A DNA stretch of 45,805 nt, taken from Macrostomum lignano (Eukaryota). The stretch spans positions 1 to 45,805 of the forward strand of contig NIVC01004443.1 of NCBI GenBank assembly GCA_002269645.1, read 5' to 3'. The notes beneath the pieces are model-generated. The model was not told the origin of the DNA. It was given only the letters and a program-made list of their open reading frames with translations, and ran no database searches. Shown here in pieces: positions 25,659-37,800 of the stretch. Within the stretch, counting starts at the first letter, position 1. Each line of letters opens with the position of its first letter. Position numbers and translations under genes: made by a program.

Positions 25659-25970
25659 TAGTAGTAGTAGTAGTAGTAGTAGTGGTATTAGCTAGTAGTA
25701 GTAGTAGTAGTAGTATTAGCTAGTAGTAGTAGTAGTAGTAGCAGTAGTAGTAGTATTAGCTAGTAGTAGTAGTAGTAGTAGTATAGTAGTAGTAGTAGTA
25801 GTAGTAGTGGTATTAGCTAGTAGTAGTAGTAGTAGTAGTATTAGCTAGTAGTAGTAGTAGTAGTAGCAGTAGTAGTAGTATTAGCTAGTAGTAGTAGTAG
25901 TAGTAGTATAGTAGTAGTAGTAGTAGTAGTAGTGGTATTAGCTAGTAGTAGTAGTAGTAGTAGTATTAGC

Positions 25971-26059
<89 letters not shown>

Positions 26060-26061
26060 TA
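25413..26061. repeat. Interrupted (TAG)n microsatellite, about 650 bp
   Basis: Read directly; interruptions ggtattagc, attagc and tatag recur. Confidence 0.97.
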
Positions 26062-26484
26062 GCAGTGTTATATTCCATATACTAAAAATGATTTGTCTTG
26101 CACTGCTAATGCTCAAAAAGGGCCTCGATCAAAAGCTTTCCTAGAAAAGTCACATCTCCAATCATTGCGACAAAATCCTCGACTGTATAAACCGCTGAAA
26201 CAATTCCTTTGTGTTGTGTCAGCGCAAGTTTAAATAGAGCACCGCTACCGCTGCCGCAAATTTTGACATTTAAATTAGGAAATTTTAATTTTTCCCAAGG
26301 TGGAAATTCTGAGCTCGTGTATTTTCATTATCAGTTTCGACCGCTTCATCTGGTGGCTGTCCTCGCACTGAATATTTCAGTTTGCACAAATTTCAGGAAA
26401 TGTCAAAGTTGCTTCGAAGCCAATTGAGCGCTCGAATTCGCCGGTTGCAGCAGCGGCAGCTTCTCTGCAGTCATGCTGGTACTG

Positions 26485-27055
26485 CTACAGAAGCAGCATC
26501 TCGATCTCCTTCCATGTCAAATAACTCCCTCTGCATAAGCACCTTCGATGGCAGCAGATGAGTTTTTATTTGTACTCTCCGTTCGGGTGGGTGAGATGAC
26601 ACGCATCGAACCACCAGGCACCTTTATAACGGATTGCGCTGTTTTTAGTAGAATCGGTGTCGTGATGGGCGTCCTTCGTGCTGAATTGCATGCCGCTGCT
26701 GTAGGTGAGGCTGTCGCCGATGCCGGCGCTGCCGGAGAAGCCGGAGACGCTCAGTCGGTATTTGTCGGACTCGGGACCCACGGAGAAGCTGGAGTACTCG
26801 GCCCAGTGCTCAGAGTTGTTCCGCGCCTTCATCAGGATCCTCAGCTTCATAGGACCAGAAGCAGTGAGAGCGTGGAGAGAGTTCAGTCCTGGGAAGATGC
26901 GGGCGTCATGGCGCTGTTTGTCATTGAAATCCGAACTGGAAAAGCAAGCGCATGCAGTACCTCCGGGATGCACTCACCGATCCCGTAGTTTCCGTCAGGC
27001 CCCCCCCCCGAACTCGCTCTGGTACTGAGTCCAGTTGCAGTGAAAGAAATTTGTC
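26485..27055 (-). pseudogene. Fibrinogen-related domain (FReD) pseudogene fragment; two exons with an 89-nt intron (26889-26977)
   Basis: Upstream exon NFFHCNWTQYQSEFG..PDGNYGIG ends at G|GTGAGT. Downstream exon begins cccag|GA and reads GLNSLHALT...AEYSSFSVGPESDKYRLSVSGFSG...DSLTYSSGMQFSTKD...GAWWFDAC...NGEY. Premature TAA at 26566 and a TGG-to-TGA change in YAEGVI* (26517). Confidence 0.85.
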
Positions 27056-27214
27056 TCTCTCTACTTGGTTGTAGAGAGCTTGTCTGTCGGGTCCTCATAG
27101 AACAACGGTCGAGCCAATTCTGATTCGCTCGAGACTCTTCTTGGACTTGTTGTGATCCCTTGCCGGGTGTCCAGACAGCATGATAGAGAGAATGCCTCCA
27201 TCGTACATGGGAGA

Positions 27215-27398
27215 TGTAGTGTGCGTACGCACGGTATGTAAGCCCAACGTGTACGCCCGGGCGGTCTGATTGGCTGCAGAGCGGGGTGGGTGCCGCCACC
27301 CCAATTCTAGCTCTAAATATATAGATGTGTGCCCAGCGCGGCGAGAGTGTCAGAGTTTCGGCTACACAGCAAACACGGCTTCTGTCTCAGGTACTACA
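27215..27398 (+). repeat. 5' LTR (184 bp) of the Gypsy element
   Basis: Begins TGTAGT and ends ACTACA (perfect 6-bp inverted termini), has an internal TATATA, and is followed 1 nt later by a PBS. Confidence 0.8.
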
Positions 27399-27399
27399 A

Positions 27400-27411
27400 T
27401 GGCGTCGCAAG
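27400..27411 (+). promoter_or_regulatory. Primer-binding site (TGGCGTCGCAAG), probably tRNA-Ser type
   Basis: TGG complementary to the tRNA CCA end immediately after the LTR. The tRNA identity is inferred from the TGGCG start. Confidence 0.65.
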
Positions 27412-30400
27412 CGAACCCTTAAAATCATGACTCAGCAATTCTCACTCGCGCCACCCGGCTCGTTTACAATCGATAGAGATTGCAACTCCATTGCACAGCG
27501 CTGGACTGCATGGACTCGTCGCTTCGCCATTTGGATGGAAAGAATAACATTGTGTTCCTGCGTTTCAAGTTTCAGACCTGCAGACAGCAGCCTGGCGAGC
27601 CGATCGACCAGTGGTATCAGCGTCTGCACAAGGCGGTGGAGCCGTGCGAGTTCGGATCCCTCAGAGACTCACTGATCCGAGACAAAATCGTCGCCTACTG
27701 CGAGTCCGAGAGACTTAGGAGAGACTTCTTGCAGACCAACAGCATCTCCCTGGCAGATGTGCTCAAAAAGGCGAGGGCGAAAGAAACCGCGGAGCAGCAG
27801 GCCACCGCAATGGAGAGCGACAGACCAGGAGAACCACAGCAGCTCGCATCAGTCAGAAGAGACCGGCAGCCGCCAAGACCGCAGGCACCGACGCAGCGCG
27901 TATCCTGCGATCGCTGCGGCAGATCGGGGCACCCCACGTGCACCGCAGCGCAGGGCAAGAGCTGCAGAAAGTGCGGGAAGCCGGGCCACTTCGCGCGAGC
28001 TTGCAGGTCCAAGCAGGGCGCCCCGCAGAGCGGCGCCAACGCCGTGAGGTCGACCAGGGTGAGCTGTCGGCCCACACAGTAGCCGAGATCAACGGTTCCA
28101 GACTGTCGGTGTTAATCGACAGCGGCGCGGCTCGAAATGTGATCAAACGGGCCATGTTCGAGAGCCTGAGACAGCGACCGCACCTGCAGACCACCTCGGA
28201 CAGGCTGTTCGCGTACGGGTCGGACCGGCCGATGCAGCTGCTGGGCAAGGCGGCGATGACCGTCCACATTTTCGGCCGGCAGGCAGTCGCCACGTTCGAC
28301 GTCGTCGAAGGGAGAGGCATCACCATCATCGGCAGGCAGACGGCCACTTAGATGGACATCCTGCGTGTCGGACCACCACCTAATGCCGGCCAGCAGGTGC
28401 TGCAGGTCGCTGAAGTGGAGGCGGTGGTCGACGGCCTCCTTAGCGGCACGATATCCAGCGGAGTGCCTCAAAAACACGTCGAGGACATCGGCAGGGTGCT
28501 GGCATGCCAGCGTGTTCAGCGGCATCGGCTGCTTCACTGGACCGCCTGCCGACATCCACCTCACCGACAGCGCACGCCCGGTCTGCAATGGGCCTTCGAA
28601 GGTGCCGATCCATCTGGCAGACGTGGTGAACAAGGAACTGCAGCTACTGGAGCAGCTCGGGATCATTGAGCCCGTCGACGGTCCAGCGCCGTGGGTTGCG
28701 CGGATGGTCGTCGTGCTCAAGAAGGAGCCGAGCGAGGTGCGCATCACGCAGGACCTCCGCGATGTCAACCGCTTCGTCATCCGCGAGCGGCACCAGATTC
28801 TCGAGGAGTTGACCGGGGACATGGCCGGCAGCACTGTGTTCGATCTGAGCTGGACATCGCGAAGGCGTTCTACCAGGTGCCTGTGGCAGAGAAATGCCGC
28901 AACCTGCTGACATTGTCAACGCCTCGCGGACTTCGCCGTCTCACCCGGCTGTGCATGGGCCTGTCCACCTCCCAGGAGATCCTGCAGAATGTGATGAGTC
29001 GAGTGCTGGCAGGCCTGCCCAACGTAAAATGGATCCACAACGACGTGGTCGTGTTCGGCCGCACGATGGCGGAGCACAACAGCAGCCTCGAGGCATGTCT
29101 GGCCCGCCTGGCGCAGCACGGCATCACGCTGAACGCTCGGAAGTGCCGACTGGCGCGCAGCAGCATCGAGTTCATGGGAATGCGGCTCACGGCGGAAGGA
29201 GTCCAGGCCACCGAAAGCAAGGTCGCCGCCGTTCAAGACTTCAAGGAGGCGGGAAGATTGGACACCTTCGCTCATTCCTAGGGCTCGTGAACTACTCGTA
29301 CCTCGCCGTGTTCACGCCACAGCTAGCCAAGGTGGCGGAACCGCTGCGGCGTCTGACCAGGAAGGGTGTCAACTGGCAGTGGGGCGCCGACCAGGCCAGC
29401 GCCTTTGAGCAGCTGAAGCGCAGCATCGCGGAGCCGACAACGCTGGCTTTCTACGATAAGCAGCTGCGCATGCAGCTGATCGTGGACGCGGGGCCGACCG
29501 GATTGGGCGCCATCCTGGCGCAGGTGCAGCGCGACGGCAGCTCGAGGCCGGTTGCATACGCCAGCCGAACCCTATCCGACGTCGAGCGGCGATACTCGCA
29601 AACCGATAAGGAGGCACTGGTCGTCGAGGAGGCCTGAACTTTGAGTACTACCTGCATGGATCGCCCGAGTTCACAGTGGTCTCCGATCACAAGCCGCTGG
29701 CTGCCATGTTCGCGGCTGCCTCCACGAGTCGAGCGAATGGCGCTGAGGATCCAGCACCTAGTGTTCAAGGTCGAGTACCAGCCGGGAGCCTCCAATGCTG
29801 CAGACGTACTCTGCAGGCAGCCCGGAAGCTTTGGCGAGCATCAATGGAGGCCTACATCAACGAGGTGGCGCAGGCGGCTGTCCCGTTGGCGTTGACGTTC
29901 CAGGACATCCGCAAGAGCTCTGCCAGCGACCTAGTCATCCGGGCGGCGAAAGCGGCGACGCAAGGCGGCCGGTGGGATCGCTCCAATTCCGAGGTACGCT
30001 CGCTCCATGTGCTGCGGGAGGAGCTGTCTGCTCGGGGTCCTCCCTCGGCACCAGCGAATCGGCCGAAAACTAAATTTAGAAATTTAAAGTTTTAAATTTT
30101 ATGTCTATTTAAAAGTTTTGGATACAAATTTAAATTTTAAGTGTAAAATAAACTTTCATTTCGATTAATATTTATAGTCGGTTTTTTTATTTTACACTTT
30201 CGATTATCAATATTTGTCCAAAATCGTTAAAGTCAACTCCGTAAAGCCGCAGATTCCAATTATGGTTTTGCCTGTTAGGCAGATGTAACAAGTCCGTTAT
30301 ATTTACTTAGCGAAGGTGGCTAGCGTATAGTACTATAGGAGTAGTATATAGTATGCGCATTTCAGGTCTGGACGATTTACCAGTAGCTAAAAAGAAATGT

Positions 30401-31112
30401 CTATCTTATCATATAACTTGCGCTAATCCACGTCCAAGGCGCCTGTCACACGCCGCTTACAGAAGGAAAAAACTACAAATCGCATGTTTGAATATAAGTA
30501 GAATTTCTTAGAAACAGAATCCAAATTAAACACTTTAAATATACAAGGATCTATAAGAATCATGGAAACTCACAAAATAATAAGAGATACCAAGCCGTTA
30601 CACAACACTGATGTGAGGATTATAAAGCTATATAAGTTGTTCTGGCAGTGCGCACAGTATTAAAAAATTCTAGAATTAACTCAGTGATTAAAGTTTCCCT
30701 TGAAATTAATTAGATTCAACAACAGAAAAAAGTAGGTGATGTAGTCAAATACTCCTTCGACTTCCGCGGTTGTCGTCATACTGCCAGAGCGCATCCAAGT
30801 TGAACTCATGTAGCCATACATGTATAAATGTACAGAAAGAACAAGATAGCTGTATCAGAAGGCTATCTAAAAATAAGTATTTGCCAGTAAAAAAACATTT
30901 TTTTAAAAATACACATCATGCTTTGGATAGTACGTAGCTCGTAAATAGCAACACAACAAAGCAGAGTCCAAAGATCGGTTAAGCATTCGCTTTTGATGAT
31001 TGAAGAAAGGCCGAAAGCGGTTCGGAAAAATCGCAAGAAATTCAATAGTTCGACATGTTCGTTGCTTCTATATGCGTCCAAAAAACATCACATGAGCCAG
31101 CTATAAAGTTTA

Positions 31113-32141
31113 TCAAGGCTGCTGCTGAAGCAGCAGCCGCACCGCCTCTTCAGTCACAGCCGAGTTGGCCACGGCGACGGCACGGATGACGCCATTCAAT
31201 ATGAACTTGCCTGGATTCCGCCAGCCGATCTTGATGCAGGCGCCAGCATTGTTATATTTAAATTTGGAACCGTTGCCAGAGTTCAGGGGCTCAGTTAAAA
31301 AGGCGGATCCCAGCAGAAATCGGCGTTCACCTGACGGCTTATCGGTTGTCAAGCCAGCGGTGAAGAAGCGCTCAGGGTCGGCGGGCAGCACAGAGCAGGT
31401 TTGGACCCAGTTTTTGTCGCCAATATTGGAATACAGACATCGCGTCTTTCCTGCAACAAGGCTGTATTCACAAAAGTGGCTTGAGTATGAGCTCATGTCT
31501 TCTAATGATCCGCAGTTGTCCAGCTCGATGAAGCACTGTTTCTTGGGAGTTCTCTTCAGGTGCAGCAACCAGGTGTAGGACGCCGTGAAGTCCAGACCTG
31601 TGGGGTCGTCCACCCACAGCCGAGACGAGACTCCGTCCATGCGAGCGCCCTCACTCGTCCAGGTCACATTGAGCGACTTCATGGGGTTCCTCTGTCCCTC
31701 GGAGCCGCACACCAGGTTCTCCAGCGCCGGTCCCCTGTCTCCGACCCACACAGCGCTGAAGTGCTCGTTCGCAGCGATCGCGTCGTACTCCGAGTCCACC
31801 ACGGTCTCGCAGGTGCTCTCAGCGGCCACTCCCGCAGTCGGTGTCGTCCAGTTGATCAAGCTCAAGTTGAGCAGGCGGCACACCTCACCGAAGCGGAACA
31901 GCGCGCACGAGGCGTCTCGCTTGTTCCGCTGCACCACGCCGACGCTGCCGAGACGGAACGACCGACTCGACACGAAGCAGTCGAGCAGGGAGGCGGAGGC
32001 TCGCGACAGCTGCCACACAGACAGCGACAAGTTCAGGCAGTCATTGTTGGCTACTCTGTGCTGTGTAGTTTTGTCTCCGTTCACACAGTCAGAGACCGAG
32101 AGCAGGGCGCACAGAACAGCGAGATGTAGGAGGCTGGACAT
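31113..32141 (-). CDS. Single-exon secreted protein: signal peptide, Cys-containing PAN/apple-like region, C-terminal laminin-G/ConA (pentraxin-like) domain
   Basis: Start at 32141 (AAAATG context; an alternative ATG lies at 32153). MSSLLHLAVLCALLSVSDC is a signal-like sequence. LDFTASYTWLLHLK and IKIGWR...LNGVIRAVAVANSAVTEEAV match LamG_3-type patterns. Confidence 0.75.
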   Translation of the reverse strand: MSSLLHLAVLCALLSVSDCVNGDKTTQHRVANNDCLNLSLSVWQLSRASASLLDCFVSSRSFRLGSVGVVQRNKRDASCALFRFGEVCRLLNLSLINWTTPTAGVAAESTCETVVDSEYDAIAANEHFSAVWVGDRGPALENLVCGSEGQRNPMKSLNVTWTSEGARMDGVSSRLWVDDPTGLDFTASYTWLLHLKRTPKKQCFIELDNCGSLEDMSSYSSHFCEYSLVAGKTRCLYSNIGDKNWVQTCSVLPADPERFFTAGLTTDKPSGERRFLLGSAFLTEPLNSGNGSKFKYNNAGACIKIGWRNPGKFILNGVIRAVAVANSAVTEEAVRLLLQQQP

Positions 32142-34830
32142 TTTGCGGCGCATTGCAAGCTTCAGTGAGTCAGTAGGAGAGAATTCTGCCAGTATGGAGA
32201 GACTCGGCATCGGATTTTATGGCAGTTTTGAGCTTTTGGCTGATCAGTGAAGGCGTTTTAATTGCCCAAGACAGCGCATAGGCTGCATGCAGCAAGTATT
32301 ACTTGGCAAACGAAGTCATTGCCAATCAGCCATGCAGAAGAAGAGACGGAGGGACAGCACGAAGTCGCAATGCGCGCTAAATCCGAACGACTTTAAGCAG
32401 ATCCATTAACCGGAAGCGAGACTATCTATAGGAGTTGCGAAAAAGATAATTTAGACCAAGAGATTGTTTCATCACGTCCAAATATAGGTGATGCTTTATA
32501 GCGAGTATTTATTCGCAGCTTTTCAGCAAGTCTACTTGCTGAGCGAGTTAGTTCCCATTTCCTGACTGTATGCAAATAAACAAAAACCATTCGTATAACA
32601 AATGCAGTTACCGGTCCATTCGTTTCATTTTAAAATGGTATATTTTTATCGCTTTTAGGCCAAATTATGCGACTCAAAGCGCATTGAAACAGTTCAATAT
32701 GAAGGCAGCAAGATATTCGCCGAAAAGTTTGCTTTAATGAAAAATTCATTCAATCATTCAAAGATACAAACCTTGATTGGAAAATAAAGAATTAAGAAAA
32801 AAATTAAAAAAAAATGAAAAAAAATTAAGAAATGATTGGAGATTATCAAGGGTCCTTTATTTGACCACAATAAACAAAGCGCAATAAGTGTACACAGAGC
32901 TTTATGAAAATTTTCCAAAGTATAAACTTTTTAAAAAATCAGTAACACTGCTAAAGTTACTGCAATAGAAAGCAGGAATGTAATTGTTGTAGGGGTGTTA
33001 TTGATAGCTTAGTCCCGCCGCTTAGCTACCAAATTTGTTACAGGGGGGGGGGCGTCGGGGGTTTCTTGGGGGTTTGGGGAGAGGTATTCAAGTATTACTA
33101 CTAGAAGGCTTTAAAGTTACTCCTGGCGGCGTGAGTGTCCGAGCGGCAAGACACTATATTTCTACTCTGTCCGGGTATCTAGAGGGGGGGAAGGGGAATA
33201 AGGGCTTCGCGATGGATCAGAGTTGCCTGGGAAACTGGCGCGCTACAGGGGAATTTCAATGGCTAATGGGGAATGATTGCATGGAGGGTAGGATTCTTAA
33301 TAGGGAATTGAATAGCAGACGGGGCGCCTAATAGTTGGTGGGGATTAGATAGACAGAGGTCTGAGGGATAAGAAGGCGGGATGCCTGATAGGAAGGTTTG
33401 GGAATTGGCAAAGGCCTGCGCAGACAGCGATTCTGGATAGGGAATTGGCAAATCGCCAGGTTAGAATAGTAGTCTGGGGAAGATCAGTATGATTACTCAA
33501 TTGGGAAGAGACTGTACACTCAGTTAGGGAGGGGAAGGCGAAAAGGCTGTACGCTTATAGCGGAACAAAAAGGGCCTTCTCAGGGAAGAGGGGAGAGGCT
33601 GTACAATCAGAACTGAACAAGACCTCTTTGGGGAAGGGAAAAAGGCGAGGGCGCCTTCAAAGGAATGACACAGAGTCTGATCTATTTTTAGAACAACTGT
33701 TCATGCGGCCGAAAGGCAAAGGCCAAATAGAAGCTTAGGCGGCAACAGAATCCGATATATTTGCTCGTATATATACGCTATTTAATAAAAATGGCGGACA
33801 CTTTTTAACAAAACCTTGAAAATAGTAAACACTATGAGCATATTTGAGACAGTAAATGATATTTACGCTACTTTTTATGATCAAATAGATAGGAGTAATT
33901 TGCTAATAAAGGAATATATATTTTTCATAACGCATTTAACGAGTAATATACATAAGGTAAGCAATTATTACTATATCATGTGACGGGTTTGTTTTACCCG
34001 GTGTGCTAAAAATATTATTCAACAAAAACTTTGACGCCGATGCTAGAAATAGTAACTTGCATAATTTTTATTCGTTAGACTCTTATTTTTATGCCAATAT
34101 GCTAAGAAAAATAGGTTTTGTTATACTTTTGTTATAAATTCATTTTATATTTGTTGTGAATCGTTTATACCTTTTGCCAGTGTGGTGCGTGCTTGGCCTG
34201 CGCTCTCTGCAAAATAGCTGCTATTGGCCATTTAAATTATCGTCAAATAAACCGCCCTTGTTAAACAATAACTTTATAGCCCTCCTGTCGAGACGCTGCT
34301 TTAATCGTGTTACTAATGAAGTTTACTTTGATCGCCTTTAGGTTATCAAATTGAATTTACATTGAAATCTGACGAAAAGCATATTAGCATAGGATATAAC
34401 CGGTGATTGACAGCAGTGCACGTGTGGTTCGTCTGCAGTCGAGCTCGTCTACAAGCACGTCACAATCACTATATCATAATTAAAAGATTCAATAATAAGA
34501 AAATAATAGAATACTACGGTATAGTTTTAGGCTTTGAATTCCACACTTACTTTGCTAGAATATTTTAGTATATCATTCCAATTTTGAAGACACTTGCCAC
34601 ATTTTCAAACTGCTTTGCTTTAAAAGTTGACACGCTAGTTTCTGTTTTCGTAGCCACCTGAATTTAAGAACCAAGAAAATATTGCTGTAAGAGTACTTAC
34701 TATCTACTGTACTGCAATACTACTTAATGGTTAATGCAAAGACTGTCTTCAGAATATTTGTCGCATTGAGGGAAAACTGTTTTTTAAATTGATAGTTACT
34801 GACATACTGTCATAAATTACTTTACCGTCT

Positions 34831-37800
34831 TCAATTTTTCGTCGATTTTTTTTGCTGCTGCTGAGAAAGTTTCAGAAGCTGGTCCAGTTTGGATTCAATG
34901 CTTACAATTCGCTGCTCCTGCCGCTTCAGCTCTGTAAACACCGTCTGACCGCTGTTGGTCTCCTGCTTCTTTTTCGGGGTCAGATTCGGTCCCGCAGACA
35001 CATTTTCTTCAAATACCTTTGTCTCCTGGTGCAGCGAATCGTGCCTGTGATAGCTTACCTTTCCTAATTGGCCTTGAATATTCGCATCGTCCAGCATCTC
35101 CTGCAAATCCATTTTTAACTCCGACAGTTCCTTTCCCGTGTGCGCCTTCACCACGTCAAAGTCGTTTCTGTTCCACTGGGTGTCGCGCAGCAGGCGGGAC
35201 CGGCACCGGCGGAACTGTGTCGCCTGGAACTTCAGGAACCGATTGTACTCTTCGGGGTAGTCCTTCTTGTCTTTTAGCCACCAAAGGATGGTTTTCTGAA
35301 ATGCAAAAGAGAATTTTCGAAATAGTATAGACGTGATTAAAACTAGCACGTATACCCCCATGAATATTCATTGGAAAAACAGCTACATATGTAATATCGA
35401 ATTCTTGTGGTCTAAAATCAGCATTCAGTTTCATCCGATTTTATAATGAAGACTCCAATACAAATAAATGAGCTGCAACAGAGAGATTTCGAAAAGTCAC
35501 TTACCTCATCAGCACTTGCGATATTTTCATCTTCGACAGCATTTTTTGTGCAAAACTTTTTAGTGCATCGACTGACTATGAACAAAACAAATTTAAAAAT
35601 GTACTCCAGAAAACTCAATGGCGGCGGAAGTAGAGTCGACTGCCGGTACTCCTGCAACATCTGGACGAACCGCTTTCTCCAGACGCCGATCGCCACGCCA
35701 TAAATCTGTGTGACTCGCAAATTGAACAGTGCAATCAGCAAGTTCATCATCACAACATTCACCAGGCCCATGAATAAGAATATTATTAAATAGTTAAACC
35801 ATTCATAGCCTTGCTTAATGGCGACCTTTCCTAGCTTCGTGCTATCTGGAGAGTAGCTCAACTCGATCTGATCGAAGTTTCCGAACAGCAAGTTGAAAGG
35901 TATCGTGGCAGCTTGAACAAACGTTTCCCATCCGTTGCTTAGAGTAGCGATTTCTTCTGTCGGAGTCCAGGCGTCCGAAAACAGCAGACAGACAAAGAAT
36001 ACTCCAAAGCAGCTGAAAATCACGAACAAGACCACCAAGAAAGGCAGCAAATCGTAAACAATTAGATTCCAAAGCATGTTAATCATTGGCCCAACGGTCT
36101 CAAAGTAGCTCAGGAACGAGACGGATCGAAAGCAGAACAGTGAGTACGACACACACAGGACAACTTGACTGGAATAAGCATCTTGTAGATGAAAGCCCAT
36201 CCCATAATATAGCCATCTTGTAGAGAGGCCTGCCAGCAGAAACAGAATCGCCACAGCATCGAAAATATTGAGCCCATCAACAATGTATGCGGGAACAGAT
36301 CGTACGTGAGAACCGATCTTGCAGTTCTCTCTAGCTTTTCTTTGCCTCCAGATTTCACTCACTTCTTGCAAGCCAAAGGAAAAAAGATAGGCAAAAAGAA
36401 GAGCGTCAAACTGTGGTTTTAAGAAACTGTCCTCGAAATTTATAACGTACCAACCAAAGAATATGAGGAACAATACGAATGCGACAAAGTGGATCCAAAA
36501 CCTTGCCAGTGGAGAATCCGGTCTCGAAATTTTTGGCCTGCAGTTGCAAGCGCTGGGGCAGCAGTCGCACGGAAGACAGCAGTTTCCGGATGAACCTCGC
36601 TTTGAGCAGTTTGAAATGGGCTGCCTCCACTCCTCTTTGGTGACTGAATAGATGCAGTCCGTGGCAAACAGATCCGGGTTGTCAGCTATTTTCACCAGAT
36701 CAAGTATGCTTTTATACTTAATTTTCTCTGGATTCCCGTCTTTAAAGACTCGGTACGGAAACTTCGGTCCCAAACAGTCGCGATTTTCCTTCTTTGCTGC
36801 TGCTTTGCTATCTAAAGTAAAATGCTTCATTTCACCTTTAATGTACTTGAACAGCAGCTCGAACTCGATGCTGTCAGCGTTAACAAACAGCTCATTGAGT
36901 GCGTTCACTGCAATGTTCGTGATCTTGCTTTTTAGTTGAAGCAGCTGCTCATGCTTGCCCTTTGCCTTGGCTCTCATCTTGATGATCTCGGGGTCCAGCT
37001 GGATGAGCAAGCTGAGGCAGCACGGAATAAGCTCGAACTGTCGAGTCAGAATCAGATCAGGCAGGATCTCATCACGATGAAAGAATGTGGCCAAGTCTAG
37101 AAGCGCCAACTCAGAATTGGGATCCACATGAGTCAGGTGCTTGAACGTGTTCTGTCTGGAAAAAGCTCGCTGGATTTCTTCGTCTTCCGTTACTGTGTCA
37201 ATAAAATACTGCGTAAATTGTCTCTCAGTTTCTCTCGTGATGATGTTTAGGCTGAGTGCCGCACGAAACAGCTTTCTGGAGTCCATTTCTAGCGCTTTGA
37301 TCAGAACTATCTTGTCCGTTTTTTGCTGCTTTGTACTATAGTCATTGGTTATGGACACCAGAGTCATTCTCGCCGCTGACCTGTTGGGAAGTTTAAGCGC
37401 TCTTCTCGGCGGATCCAGAAGGCGCCATATGTCCGTCATTTTGATTTCTTTCTGAGAGGTAAATGTATCAGAGCTTGGAACGTTATTCTGGTTCTTTTTG
37501 TCTTCCTGGACAGCTTGAAGGAGATCGTATAAGTTTCCGCTTTCAAAGGCATAGTCAACGCATGTCTGCCCTGAATGCGATTCGCTCCAAAGGCTCAAGC
37601 CATTTTCAAGCAGGAAAATTATATTTTCCTGGTGTCCGTAAGCGCAGGCAAAGTGCAAGCAGGTCTCTCCGTGCTGCGAGTTTTCGCAAGATTGTAGCTT
37701 GACTTTTTCTTTAAGCAGGCTATTTGGAGGACTCTTCGATACAGTTTCTATACTTTCCAACATCAAATTCTTTAGCTTGTACTGACCTGAAAATGTGTGA

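Larger units (their letters stand above)
27215..30045 (+). mobile_element. Ty3/Gypsy LTR retrotransposon, degenerate and 3'-truncated (gag, protease, RT, RNase H; no integrase or 3' LTR seen)
   Basis: gag from ATG 27427 with CRKCGKPGHFARAC knuckle; protease LIDSGA; RT IIEPV..PWV, LDIAKAFYQV, LCMGL, IHNDVVVFG; RNase H VDAGPTGLGAIL, YASRTLSDVERRYSQTDKE, SDHKPL, ADVLCR; many frameshifts. Confidence 0.93.

Noticed and set aside
31165-32250. Plus-strand ORFs opposite the secreted protein
   Set aside because: Antisense shadows; only the minus ORF has a signal peptide and domain pattern.
33000-33700. G-rich segment with short ORFs, possible retroelement 3' end
   Set aside because: No recognisable protein motif or termini found.
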